From: Candidatus Cloacimonadales bacterium
Lineage (GTDB): Bacteria; Cloacimonadota; Cloacimonadia; Cloacimonadales; JAFGVF01
NCBI GenBank assembly: GCA_963677495.2
Contig: CAXXOU010000002.1
Location: 160,001-224,000, forward strand
Reading direction: 5' to 3'
DNA: 64,000 bases
Translations under genes and position numbers: made by a program
Part shown: positions 9,108-20,294 of the stretch, piece by piece
Numbering within the stretch: the stretch's first letter is position 1
Layout of the letters: every line of letters starts with the position of its first letter
The notes under the pieces: generated by a model
Told to the model about the DNA's origin: nothing
Database searches by the model: none
The model's input: only the letters and a program-made list of their open reading frames with translations

Positions 9108-10520
9108 ATGATGAAAATCGATGTAGAAGGCTTAAAATCTTTCATCCCGGAAAAAGAGATCTGGGGATTACTGGAAAAGAACGCTGAACCAACCCATGAA
9201 CAGGTTGAGAAAGTTTTAGAAAAAGCTGCTCTCAAAAGAGGTTTAGACCTTGAAGATGTATCTATCCTTATTCAAAGTAAAGAGCAAGGTATGCTTGATA
9301 AAATCTTTACTCTTGCAAAGCAGATAAAAGAGGAAATCTACGGACGTAGAATCGTGCTTTTTGCCCCTCTCTATGTTGGAAATGAGTGTATTAACAACTG
9401 CGTTTATTGCGGATTCAGAGTTTCTAACAAAGAGTGCCATCGTGCAACTCTTAGTACCGAAGAACTCAAGAACGAAGCACTTGCACTTGAGGATTTAGGG
9501 CACAAACGCCTTATCATGGTTTATGGTGAACATCCTATGTATTCACCTGAATTCATCAAAGAAACTGTTGAAACTGTATATGCTACCAAAACGGAGAAAG
9601 GTGAGATTCGTCGTGTAAACATTAATGCTGCACCTCTCGATGTGGAAGGTTTCAAGACAGTTAAGTCTGCCGGAATAGGCACTTATCAGATTTTCCAGGA
9701 AACATATCACCAGGAAACATATAAGAAACTGCATCCATCAGGACCAAAGAGCAACTATCTTTGGAGACTTTACGGCTTAGATAGAGCGATGGAAGCGGAT
9801 ATTGATGACCTTGGTATCGGTGCTCTTCTCGGATTGTATGACTGGCGTTTCGAAGTTATGTCACTTTTAGCTCATAGTTTCCATTTAGAAGAGAAGTTTG
9901 GGGTTGGACCTCATACAATATCTTTCCCTCGTATTGAGCCTGCTCTAGGTAGTGATTATACATTACATCCTGAATATGCAGTTAGCGATGATGATTTCAA
10001 GAAACTCGTTGCTATCCTCCGTCTCGCTGTGCCATATACAGGCATGATTCTTACTGCTCGTGAACCGGTAGAGATCAGAAATGAAGTTATCAATTACGGT
10101 TGCTCCCAGATTGATGGTGGTTCCAGTATCGGTATCGGTGCTTATTCAGCTACAGATGAAGAAACAGTGAAGAAGAGTCAGTTTGTACTCGGTGATAATC
10201 GTTCTCTTGATGAAGTGGTTAAGGAGCTTGCAGAGCATGGCTTTATTCCTTCCTGGTGTACAGCATGCTATAGACTCGGTAGAACAGGACATGACTTCAT
10301 GGGCTACTCAAAAAGCGGAGAGATTAAGAGCTATTGCCAACCTAATGCTATCCTCACATTTACAGAGTTTCTCAATGACTACGCTTCACCGGAGACTAAG
10401 AAAGCCGGAGCTAAACTTATCGAACAAGAGATGCCGAAAGTTCCTGAAGGCAACTTAAAAGAGCAATTAAAGAAGAAACTAGCTCGCCTGAATGCTGGTG
10501 AACATGATATGTACTTCTAA
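9108..10520 (+). CDS. hydG: [FeFe]-hydrogenase H-cluster radical SAM maturase HydG
   Basis: FAPLYVGNECINNCVYCGF radical SAM motif, GPHTISFPRIEPA, C-terminal PSWCTACYR...CQPNA motif. Confidence 0.97.
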   Translation: MMKIDVEGLKSFIPEKEIWGLLEKNAEPTHEQVEKVLEKAALKRGLDLEDVSILIQSKEQGMLDKIFTLAKQIKEEIYGRRIVLFAPLYVGNECINNCVYCGFRVSNKECHRATLSTEELKNEALALEDLGHKRLIMVYGEHPMYSPEFIKETVETVYATKTEKGEIRRVNINAAPLDVEGFKTVKSAGIGTYQIFQETYHQETYKKLHPSGPKSNYLWRLYGLDRAMEADIDDLGIGALLGLYDWRFEVMSLLAHSFHLEEKFGVGPHTISFPRIEPALGSDYTLHPEYAVSDDDFKKLVAILRLAVPYTGMILTAREPVEIRNEVINYGCSQIDGGSSIGIGAYSATDEETVKKSQFVLGDNRSLDEVVKELAEHGFIPSWCTACYRLGRTGHDFMGYSKSGEIKSYCQPNAILTFTEFLNDYASPETKKAGAKLIEQEMPKVPEGNLKEQLKKKLARLNAGEHDMYF

Positions 10521-10528
10521 AGGACAAT

Positions 10529-11602
10529 ATGAGAAAGTTTAACTTTGATAACCTGAGTCGAGAAGAGATTATTGCTCTTCTAGAGACTACAGACAGGAAG
10601 GAAGTGGATGCTTTATACAAAGCTGCTTATGCTCAGAAACTAAAAGAGATAGGACCTAATGTCTACCTCAGAGGAATTGCTGAGATAAGTAACATCTGCA
10701 CTAAGGATTGCTATTATTGCGGTATTCGCAAGAGTAACAGCAATGTTAATCGTTATAACATGACAAAAGATGACATCATCAATGCTGCTAAGTTCTGCCT
10801 TGAACATGATTATGCTTCAATTGCTATCCAAGCTGGTGAACGAGATGACCCGGAATGGGTAGACTTCATTGAGGAAGTTGTTACTGAGATTCATGCTCTA
10901 AGTGACTTTAAACTCGGTATCACACTATCGCTTGGTGAACAAACAAAGGAAACGTTTGCACGCTGGCGTAAAGCCGGTGCGACAAGGTATCTGCTGAGAA
11001 TAGAGTCATCTGATCCTGAACTATATAAGAAGTTACATCCTGCAGACCATTCTTTTGAAAAACGACTTGAAAGCCTTAGGTTCCTTAGAGAAACTGACTA
11101 TCAGGTAGGAACAGGTGTGATGATTGGTTTACCATACCAGACAGCTGCTAACTTAGCAGATGATATCCTCTTCATGAAAGAGTGGGATATCGATATGATT
11201 GGTATGGGACCTTATATACCACATCATGAAACTCCTCTTGCAGAAGCTGATTATACATTTGATGAAGAGCGTCAACTTGATCTTGGTCATCGCATGATTG
11301 CACTTGTAAGGCTTGTTCTTAAAGATGTGAATATAGCAGCAACTACTGCGCTTCAGGCTCTAGGTGGAGATGGACGCATTAAAGGTTTACAGGTCGGTGC
11401 CAACATCATTATGCCAATCGTGATTGATGATACAAACTATCGAAAGAACTACTTCCTTTATGATAACAAACCCGGTGTTGATGAGAACTGCGAGTCATTC
11501 CGCATGAAACTGGAAGACAATATCAAAGCTATTGGTGAGAATATTGTCTATGGAGAACGAGGTGATTCAAAGCACTACAAAAAGCGAAAAGGTTTAATCT
11601 AA
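10529..11602 (+). CDS. hydE: [FeFe]-hydrogenase H-cluster radical SAM maturase HydE
   Basis: SNICTKDCYYCGIR, YLLRIE, GMGPYIPH, AATTALQAL and YFLYDNKP motifs; follows hydG. Confidence 0.95.
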   Translation: MRKFNFDNLSREEIIALLETTDRKEVDALYKAAYAQKLKEIGPNVYLRGIAEISNICTKDCYYCGIRKSNSNVNRYNMTKDDIINAAKFCLEHDYASIAIQAGERDDPEWVDFIEEVVTEIHALSDFKLGITLSLGEQTKETFARWRKAGATRYLLRIESSDPELYKKLHPADHSFEKRLESLRFLRETDYQVGTGVMIGLPYQTAANLADDILFMKEWDIDMIGMGPYIPHHETPLAEADYTFDEERQLDLGHRMIALVRLVLKDVNIAATTALQALGGDGRIKGLQVGANIIMPIVIDDTNYRKNYFLYDNKPGVDENCESFRMKLEDNIKAIGENIVYGERGDSKHYKKRKGLI

Positions 11603-11623
11603 TAAATTATAACTGCGAACGAT

Positions 11624-11653
11624 AGGGGAGCATGGAGCAATTCATGCTCCCTT
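11624..11653 (+). terminator. Stem-loop after hydE
   Basis: GGGAGCATG...CATGCTCCC stem with a weak T tail. Confidence 0.6.
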
Positions 11654-11859
11654 GTCAATTTTTCGGACTTGCACCAGTCTTCGCTTAAAAGCTACGCCCT
11701 GACAAGCCGCAGTGAAACGTGGGGTGAGGATGAAATCCTTAGCTCGCGTCCATAGGAGCTTGCTATTTCTACGCCAAGCGAAGAATGGCAAGCTATTCTT
11801 AAGTCAGTGGGCAGAAGTCCTTACTGTTATTTGAGACCCCATGTAAAGAATTAAGGAAG

Positions 11860-12151
11860 TCCGCTTTTACTTCACTAGAGATACGCTTCCGGCAAACTCC
11901 CTACATTCTTTAGATTACTCATTTTTTCTCAAATTTTACATTAAATTGGCCTTCCGATTCCCTGATGGAATCTGGACTAAGAAAGGTGTTTCAAAGGTAT
12001 CCCACAGGTGACCCTCTCGTGACCCTCTCGTGGAAGGGCTCGATTTATTCACATCATGTGGATAACTTGAAAATCTAAGCTACACTTTCAAAAGTCACGG
12101 GACTGGAAGGGGAGAGGTAGGCGAAATTTGGAAAAGTGGATAAAAAGCGGA
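11860..12151. repeat. Long imperfect fold-back element with an 11-bp-phased core
   Basis: Arms 11860-11876/12135-12151 and 11950-11965/12095-12110. (G/C)GT(G/A) at 11985, 11996, 12007, 12018, 12029, including GTGACCCTCTC twice. Confidence 0.6.
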
Positions 12152-12294
12152 TATTGAGAAGGGTTATTTAGTGAAGATGCATTAATCAAAGAAATAGGTT
12201 TACAACTTTCAAAACATAGTTATGATTTGAACAATTATAGTGTAATAGGAGAGAAACCGTTAACCAACCCTAATTTGTAAATAAGGAGAAGAGT

Positions 12295-14427
12295 ATGAAG
12301 CAGATGATTCTGCTCTTTTCTGTGCTGAGCATAGCAATTATCATAGCTATACCTATTGAGGAGAGAGATTTCAGTGTTTTCTTATATGGAAACGACGATA
12401 CTTTTGCCTATGATAATTGGTATTCTCATCTTGCAGAAAATGTAGCACGTCCGGGTTATAATGATTATGCCCCCTTTGATAGACAACTGACAGGTTTTGG
12501 GGGATACGTACAACCTTCAGCAACCGACTCACTAAATTGGTATAATGCAGTTTATGCGTTTGCCAATGATAATCTCCCAAATGCTCAATCATGGTTGGAT
12601 AACAGCTCTTTGCCATTTGAGGTGCTTTATATGGATGATACTGATACAGGTCGTAGATACAACGTTCTCAGAGAGCTACCGGATACATTGTATTATGATG
12701 ATAATAACACTCTTGATTTGCTTGATGATGAGATCGGTGCTTTTACTCACGGTTGGGGATTAATTGTAAAGAATGAGGAGAGCACAAATCCAAGTATTAT
12801 CTCTGTTGTTCACCCATGTGATGATTTCATTGCAGTACCGGTTGCTTATGATATCTTTAAAAAGCTTGATGCGAGGTATCTAATCATAAATGGTGTAGGC
12901 AGAGAAGTAGCATATTGGGGTTCAGCTTCAAGCTTCAATAATAGTCGTGCCCTCAGTGATCCGAGCAGGAATGCCAGCCATCCTAATCATACTGCTTTCA
13001 AAGCTGCTTGTGATGAGATTAGAGAGACTTTCAACAGAGAAGAGTTTGTGTTGCAGTTGCATAGTTATGACCCTCAAACTGCAATAGATTGGGATGTTAT
13101 CGCTTGCTCAGGTATTGGAAGTTTACACTATAGACCTATTTATGATTGGGATGAAACAAACCAAGGAATTGTCAACAATCTACCCTTTAGAATTCCTATA
13201 CTTGATGGTTTTGAGTATGAAGAGGATTTGAGTATTGTGGAATATTTTGCCATAGCTAACTACGCTAATTATCCTTATGACATTTACTATAGTACGACTG
13301 ATTCTTTGCGTATACAAACAATTAATACTTATGGTGGTTATGGTCCTAACAAACAACGATTGTATATGCAAAGTAGTCCCTTATACAACTATCAAAACTG
13401 GTTGCATATAGAGATGAGAGAGTCTCCATCATACTGTGATGATTGGAGATTGTATTATAACTTCGATGAAGAGACACAGATTTATAATCGTGATGAGCTG
13501 TTCAACAAAGTGATTGAGCACAATAGTCATTGGGTGGATGCACTGGTCAGCTTCTTTCCTGAATTTATTGAAAAGTCGGATGGTGGGATACCCCCGAGTC
13601 CTGTTGCTCCGTTAGTCTATAATCCCGGTATTGTTGATACAGGTGTGTTTCAATGGTCTGAGGTTGAGGACGCTAATTTCTTGAAATATGAATTGCTTGC
13701 TTCTCCACAAAACTCTTTCTCAGAGAGCATTAAATTGATCACAGCGAATACAAGTATAAATGATTCTTGGGTTGAACTACAAAACACTGAGTATTTACCA
13801 AATTACTGGTATCAGGTCACAGCAACTGATTTTGATGGGTCCTTTTCTCAATCGAATAAGGTTTACATTGATTCCAATTACAGCAGTAGTGGCTACCCGT
13901 TTCTGCCATCAAATAGCTTCGAAATTGAATTTGAACGTTCTGATTTCTCAAATGAGCTTGTCGAGGTTCTCCTCCAAAACAAAAGTAATAAAGCTTTTAA
14001 TGTAATAAGCATTACCGGGCTTGAATATCCATTTAGCATTGCTACAGCCAATCTTAGTAGGCCTTTATCTGTCGAAGCCTATGACTTCATAACTATAGAT
14101 GTAGAAATAGATTTGCACACTCCCGGAGCTTATGAATCAGAGTTGATTTTAACTACTGATTGTGATGATATCCCCAGACTCAGATGTAGTTTCAATGCCT
14201 GGATAATAGATTATTCTGCACCTTTACAATCTGAAATCTACGTCGATGAAGAGAATCAGATTGTACTTCGATGGGAGGATAAACCGGAGTCAGAATATCT
14301 TATTTATTCGAGTGATTTCCCTAATTACGGGTATAACTTGTATACAAGAACTGATAAGAACTACCATATTCTAGCTAAAAGGGACAGAGCATTTTATCGG
14401 GTTTATCGGAATAGAAAGGGACAATAA
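12295..14427 (+). CDS. Secreted multidomain hypothetical protein (N-terminal putative hydrolase domain, FN3/Ig-like domains)
   Basis: AAGGAG RBS and signal peptide; HPCDD, QLHSYD and HIEM motifs; beta-rich C-terminal domains. Confidence 0.75.
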   Translation: MKQMILLFSVLSIAIIIAIPIEERDFSVFLYGNDDTFAYDNWYSHLAENVARPGYNDYAPFDRQLTGFGGYVQPSATDSLNWYNAVYAFANDNLPNAQSWLDNSSLPFEVLYMDDTDTGRRYNVLRELPDTLYYDDNNTLDLLDDEIGAFTHGWGLIVKNEESTNPSIISVVHPCDDFIAVPVAYDIFKKLDARYLIINGVGREVAYWGSASSFNNSRALSDPSRNASHPNHTAFKAACDEIRETFNREEFVLQLHSYDPQTAIDWDVIACSGIGSLHYRPIYDWDETNQGIVNNLPFRIPILDGFEYEEDLSIVEYFAIANYANYPYDIYYSTTDSLRIQTINTYGGYGPNKQRLYMQSSPLYNYQNWLHIEMRESPSYCDDWRLYYNFDEETQIYNRDELFNKVIEHNSHWVDALVSFFPEFIEKSDGGIPPSPVAPLVYNPGIVDTGVFQWSEVEDANFLKYELLASPQNSFSESIKLITANTSINDSWVELQNTEYLPNYWYQVTATDFDGSFSQSNKVYIDSNYSSSGYPFLPSNSFEIEFERSDFSNELVEVLLQNKSNKAFNVISITGLEYPFSIATANLSRPLSVEAYDFITIDVEIDLHTPGAYESELILTTDCDDIPRLRCSFNAWIIDYSAPLQSEIYVDEENQIVLRWEDKPESEYLIYSSDFPNYGYNLYTRTDKNYHILAKRDRAFYRVYRNRKGQ

Positions 14428-14674
14428 TATACTCTATCCTATTGCAAAATAGCTTTTAACTAAAATAAAACTATTGACATGAAATAGCTCTGTAGTATTG
14501 ATGCTACAATTCAAAATACAGGTGAGTGAGATGTTCATTTATTTCTTATAATATTAATGCCCCAATTTAAGTAACGCAGCCCTTCAGAGAAAGGGAGATT
14601 ATCACTATTATTCAATATCTGTTATAATTCTATAACAATCACTATCTATTATTTTTAAGTATTTTGGAGGTTTT

Positions 14675-15968
14675 ATGCCAATCAAAGATAAATTATATGA
14701 AGTTTCGGAAGAGATAAATACAAGAGCTATTCTTGTCACAGTACGCTTAAGAAGATCACAAGAAGATATTAACGATTCCTTGGATGAGCTCGAGAGATTA
14801 GCTGATACAGCCGGTGTAGAAGTTGTTGGACGCTTTGTTCAGAACTTTGATAAACCAAAAGCAGGAACCTATATCGGTCCCGGTTTTGCTGAGATGATAA
14901 AGGAAAAGTTAGAAGAGTTAGATGCTAATCTGGTTATCTTTGATAATGAGCTTACGCCTTCTCAAGGTCGTAACCTTAGTAAGAACTATGAAATGGATAT
15001 CACAGATAGAACTGAGTTAATTCTGGATATTTTCCATCACCATGCAAAGACAAATGAAGCAAGAATGCAGGTTAAGCTTGCAGAGCTTCAATATCAGTTG
15101 CCAAGACTTAAAAGCTTATGGACTCATCTTGATAAAATCAAAGGTGCAGCAGCCGGGTCAATGGGTGCAGGTCGTGGTGCAGGTGAGAAGCAGGTGGAGC
15201 TTGATAAAAGAAAGATTCGTAATGAGATTGCCTCTATTCAGTCTGATTTGAAGAAGCTCAATATTCAGCTTGATACTCAGCGCAAGAAAAGAAAACTAAA
15301 CCATAAACTTGTCTGTCTAGTGGGTTATACAAATGCAGGTAAATCAACTCTATTCAACAAACTGACAGATGCTGGTGTTCTTCAACAGGATATGCTGTTT
15401 GCAACTCTTGACTCGACTTCAAAGTCAGTCGAGATCGGTTTCGGTAATGAGGTTATTCTTACTGATACTGTCGGATTCATAGCAAATCTTCCGCATCAGC
15501 TTGTTGCAAGTTTTAGAGCGACTTTGAAAGAGGTCATGGATGCTGATTTGCTACTGCATGTAGTAGATTGTTCTGATAAGAGATACAAGCAACTGATCAA
15601 CGAAGTAGAGAAAGTCCTACTTGAAATCAAAGCCAATGAAGTGCCGGCTTTACTTGTCTTCAATAAAATTGACAGACTAGAACAGGATGCTATCGATGCC
15701 CTTAGAGAAGAACATCCCTGATGCTATGTTTATCTCTGCTCAGACAGGAGTTAATATTGATGGGCTCAAAGAGCACTTAGAGAATGAGCTTAATCAAGCA
15801 GTTCTAGCTGAACTGATGATACCATATACTGATGGTGCTATTGAGGCTGTTGCACACAAGAAGTGTGAAGTACTCGAGAAGCAGTATAAAGAAGAGGGAA
15901 CATACCTCAAAGTGAGGATTAATATGGAAGATATGAGACATTTTGAAGCTTATAGGATAGGTGAATAG
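14675..15968 (+). CDS. hflX: GTPase HflX (one apparent frameshift at CCC 15716-15718)
   Basis: VGYTNAGKSTL, DMLFATLD, DTVGF and NKID motifs. Removing one C joins 14675-15721 to 15687-15968 (HPDAMFISAQTG). Confidence 0.95.
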
Positions 15969-16882
15969 TGGTACCTTACCTCTATTGTCTTATAACAATC
16001 CTCTTCTTCTCAACTTTGGAAGTAGTTGGAAAACTCATTGGGGCGAACATCTCTCCTGCTTCCGTCACCGTATTTAGATTTGTAATTGGAGCTACAGTGT
16101 TAGCTCCAATTGCTCTTTCTGAGGTTAAGAAAGCGAACAAGAAGCTTAGCCCAAAAGAGATTATAGGTATTGTGATACCGGGCATTATAAATGTAGCTAT
16201 TAGCATGTATCTCTTGCAACTCTCCATATTCTATGGAAAAGCATTTCTTTCTGCTATCATTGTCAGTACAAATCCTGTTTTCACTACAATTCTAGCGCAT
16301 TTCATTCTAAAAGAGAAGATGTCTCCTAAAGTGCTGATAGCCCAGATTGTAAGTATCTTAGCCTTAACAGGTATAGTACTTATGGAGAAGGAGTTGCTTG
16401 CTGGTTCAAAGGACTTAGCGTTAGGTATCTTTTTTGCTGTCTTGGCATCAATAACTTTTGCACTCTATACTGTACTATCTAAAAGGCAAGTTAAAGTACA
16501 TGGAAGTATTGTCTTCAACTCTGTAAGCTTCTTTGGTGGAGCAGTGATTCTTGCTCTTTTCACGCTTGTAAAAGGTGGTTCACTAGCCTTTGAAATGAAC
16601 CTAAGAAACATCTCAATGCTACTTTATTTAGGTCTGTTCGTAACCGGACTCGCTTATTATCTTTTCTTCAAAGCTCTGAAGAAGATTCCTGCAGCGGTGG
16701 GCTCATCCTTTTTCTTCCTTAAACCTGTGATCGCAAGTTTACTTGCCTTCTTCATTCTGGGTGAGAAGATGCATCATTTTCAAGCTTTGTTCTATTTACT
16801 CATTGTTGCATCTCAGCTGTTTATTGTGTTTTCAAAATCTCCTCGCCCCTTTGGGGAGAGGATTAAGGTGAGGGGTCGTTAG
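15968..16882 (+). CDS. DMT/EamA-family transporter
   Basis: About ten TM helices with duplicated EamA-like halves (ILKEKM, ILGEKM). Confidence 0.92.
   Translation: MVPYLYCLITILFFSTLEVVGKLIGANISPASVTVFRFVIGATVLAPIALSEVKKANKKLSPKEIIGIVIPGIINVAISMYLLQLSIFYGKAFLSAIIVSTNPVFTTILAHFILKEKMSPKVLIAQIVSILALTGIVLMEKELLAGSKDLALGIFFAVLASITFALYTVLSKRQVKVHGSIVFNSVSFFGGAVILALFTLVKGGSLAFEMNLRNISMLLYLGLFVTGLAYYLFFKALKKIPAAVGSSFFFLKPVIASLLAFFILGEKMHHFQALFYLLIVASQLFIVFSKSPRPFGERIKVRGR
16839..16875 (+). repeat. REP-like palindromic unit overlapping the EamA 3' end
   Basis: CTCCTCGCCCCTTTGGGGAGAGGATTAAGGTGAGGGG, a GC-rich hairpin in AT-rich DNA. Confidence 0.65.
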
Positions 16883-16886
16883 TTTA

Positions 16887-17278
16887 AAAGCTGGACTCAT
16901 AGCGACCATCGGGAGTTAGAGTCATAGCGAAATTAGCAATTCCCCGCTTTGCATCGTACTCGTAAACACGTATGGACACAAGCTATAGTAGCAGTCATCA
17001 GTGCGAGTTTACGAGCTTGAGGAAATGCGGTCTTAACACTTGTTGGTACTTCGAAGTCGCATTTCCCCAAACTCCTTTCAGTCGTACTGGTGACTGCTTC
17101 GATAATTCACTAAAGTTATCCGAGCGACCCAGAAGGTAGCAGTCATCAGTGCGAGTTTACGAGCTTGAGGAAATGCGGTCTTAACACTTGTTGGTACTTC
17201 GAAGTCGCATTTCCCCAAACTCCTTTCAGTCGTACTGGTGACTGCGTCGTTAATCCACTAAAGTTGTCCGAGCGACCC
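16887..17278. repeat. CGACCAACGGGAG-family element with a 148-bp-period tandem duplication
   Basis: 16988-17130 is repeated at 17136-17278; reverse complement of 7949-8187. Confidence 0.9.
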
Positions 17279-17373
17279 GTTCGACTTCGTTCATTTCGTT
17301 TCACTACATTCAGCTCCGCTCAGGGTGACATGTTAATGGATTTGCTGTTACAAATCCAAGTGCCTGGTTATTT

Positions 17374-17500
17374 TCCCAACGGGATAGAATGTGAATAGCC
17401 ATGAGATGCATGGTCAAACCATCTAAAGAATCAAGGACCCCAACGGTGTCGAATCTGTTTTATAACACAATCTACATTGTCCATCCCAATGCAACTGATA
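17374..17500. repeat. Second copy of the 8396-8524 element (inverted)
   Basis: CCCAACGGGATAGAATGTGAATAGCCATG...GACCCCAACGGTGTCGAAT...CAATCTACA...AATGCAAC. Confidence 0.8.
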
Positions 17501-17586
17501 CCAGTAAGATCAATTGATTGTGAAAATCATTGACTAATACCTGCCAAACCCCATATTTCGGATATTGAGTAATTGAGGAGACATTC

Positions 17587-20221
17587 ATGTCCAAAATATA
17601 TATATTCTTTCTAATTCTAGCTGCCACGCTAAGCATAAACGCAATTGAGATATTCACTGCCAAGAATTATTATACAAATGAAGAGACTATTCAACTTTTC
17701 TGGGTAGACAATACAGACAATGTGGATTCATTGCAAATTGCAGGAAAGTCATTTACTGCAAAAGATATTAAGAGCTATCGCAAATCAATAAGGGCAATTG
17801 AGATTGCTATTGATAAAGTTCAGCAACAAGAAGATGTGGTTGTTTATAAGGGAAATGAAGTAGAGACAATTCAAGTTGAAATAAAGAAATTACCACATAA
17901 ACTAAATGCAGTAAAGATGGATAGAATAAGGGGATGTGTGATTGCTGATGATATGATCTATATGCCTTCCGGGTTCTATACTTATTCACCAGTTCAGCCA
18001 TTCCTGCTTGAAGATGAAGTTGTTCGTGGGTTCAACATGGTATCGCCTTATCAAAAGATTTTACCCAAGACAAGAAAGCAAAGGTTAGATTATCTCAATC
18101 AAGCACACAACCTAGGAATGAAGGTTAACTACAATCTTCTCAGTGTTGCCGGTGGGGAGGAGTAAACCTTAAGGATCATGATTTCAGTGATCTTGAAAAG
18201 ACCTTCAAATGCTTAAAGATGAAGTTAAAGCAATTAAAGATCACCCCGCTCTTCTGAGTTGGTATATAAGCGACGAACCATATTATACAGGTACAAAACC
18301 TGAATATCTTGAGCAGATATACAAGATGATCAAGGAGATAGATCCATACCACCCGGTTACGATTGTATTCATGAAATCATCCCAAGCTCACAAATATAGG
18401 AAAGCTCTAGATATAGCAATGGCTGATCCTTATCCAATCCCTGTGAAATCAGTATATGAAGTGGAGCAAGTCACCCATAAACTAGCTAACGAGTTCTTCC
18501 CTGAAAGACTGGTTTGGAATGTCCCACAAACCTTTGGTGGTAGCGAGTGGTGGAGAAGAGAACCAACACCTAATGAGTTGCGCTCTATGCTTTATTTATC
18601 ACTTCTTAACGGCTCTTCCGGTTACCAGTTCTTTATTCGTAAAGGACTGAATGGCTTCCAAAATCAACTCAACTATGGAGTGAAGGAAGCAGAGCAATGC
18701 TGGAGATGCAGGAGATTGTTCCATGGCTCTTTAGCGAAGAGGAGAATCCGGAAGTTAGTGATGGCACTGTCAAAATCACTTCTAAAGCCTATAGAAAGGA
18801 CAATAGTATCATCATTATTTCTGTTAACGGTGAGAATAAACCTGTGCCATTAACTCTAAAGATGACTGAGTTTATCAATGGTAAAGCTGAAGTGCTGTTT
18901 GAAAACAGAAGTGTGAAAGTAGTGAATGGAGTTATAAATGATAACTTAGATGTGTTTGGTGTAAAAATATGTAAGATTTACACAAAAGATAAACCCAAAC
19001 TACCTCGGATTACTGATGAAACATTCCTAAACCACTCATTCGAAAGAAACTACGTAGCTTCGGTACCTTCAGGTTGTTATGCAAATGTTGGTAAGGGACG
19101 AGGTAAAATCTATTCTATCGATTCTCGAGATGCTACTGACGGGGAGCATTCATTAAGGATGCATGTTTCACCTGAAGCTGAAAGTTTTAACCTGAATTTC
19201 TATCCGATAAAGATGGATAACGGTAGAAGTTATTATGCATCTTTAAAAGCAAGAAAAGGTATTCATACTTTCAAGAAGACAACAACTCGAACAATTACTC
19301 CCGGTTTTTTTGCAGATTATTTGGAGCAAAAGAGAAGGTTTTTAAGAATAGTATTAATCAACGAAGCTCCTTTAAATTTAGGATTGGTAAATTAAGTTCA
19401 TCGGAACAGTTTTTAAATCAAAACTGGACAAAATTCTCATTTATTATAAATAACAATCAGGAAAGTAAGCAGGTGGGAAGAATTAGTCCGAGGTTAATCT
19501 ATAATGGCCCCGGAACTGCTTGGTTCGACGAGTACGAAATTTTACCTCTGTTGAAGCTATGTTCCAATAACGAGGAGGAAGCGCGTGTTATTACAACTAC
19601 GTATGCGTCAGCAGAGGTCCCTCTTTTTTATACTTTAGATGGATCTGAACCTACGAAGAATTCTCCTACTTTCTCTGATACTCTTATCATAACTGAATCT
19701 TCAACTCTAAAGCTGAAAGCCATTGGAGCAATATAGTAGCAGGAACAGCTCAACAAAGATTTGCTATACATAGTGCTCTTGATTGTGTTGCTACATCCAA
19801 AGCAAAGATTTCAACCAAGTTCTCCGGTGATGGTCTTAAGTCTCTTACCGATGGGTTATTAGCAAATGATAACAGCTACGATTACAGAAATGTCGGTTTT
19901 GAGTCTGATGAGATAGTTTTAGATATCAAACTAAAGAAGTTAATGGAGATTGACAATGTCGCAATGAGCCTTGTCTCTGAAAAGAATAAGGGAATCTACT
20001 TTCCGACAGAAGTACAAGTTGAATACTCAGCTGATGGTAAAGAGTTTAAAAACTTCCATGCAGTGAAAATAATGCTGGAAAACTCTATTACTTTTAACAA
20101 GGTCCATTTACAGCTGGATGAGGACGATATCACGGCTCAGCATATCCGCATTAAGCTATCTTCAGATAATAAACGGGAGAACACGATTACGATATTGGAC
20201 GAGATTATCATTAATAACTAA
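17587..20221 (+). pseudogene. Secreted glycoside-hydrolase-like multidomain protein split by several frameshifts (probably sequencing error)
   Basis: Collinear fragments 17587-18165, 18209-18853, 18697-19395, 19473-19736 and 19943-20221. Signal peptide, WYISDEP/ADPYP TIM-barrel-like motifs, CBM-like segment, YTLDGSEPT (chitobiase/FN3-associated), F5/8-like end. Breaks I could place sit in homopolymers. Confidence 0.7.
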
Positions 20222-20294
20222 AATAAAAGCTTTACACAATAAAATTCCATTAACAGAATGCCGTCATATCCGATGTATAATTAAAGGAGGTATT

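Noticed and set aside
15687..15721. Programmed frameshift in hflX
   Set aside because: No slippery heptamer. A single extra C explains it, and neighbouring genes show similar errors.
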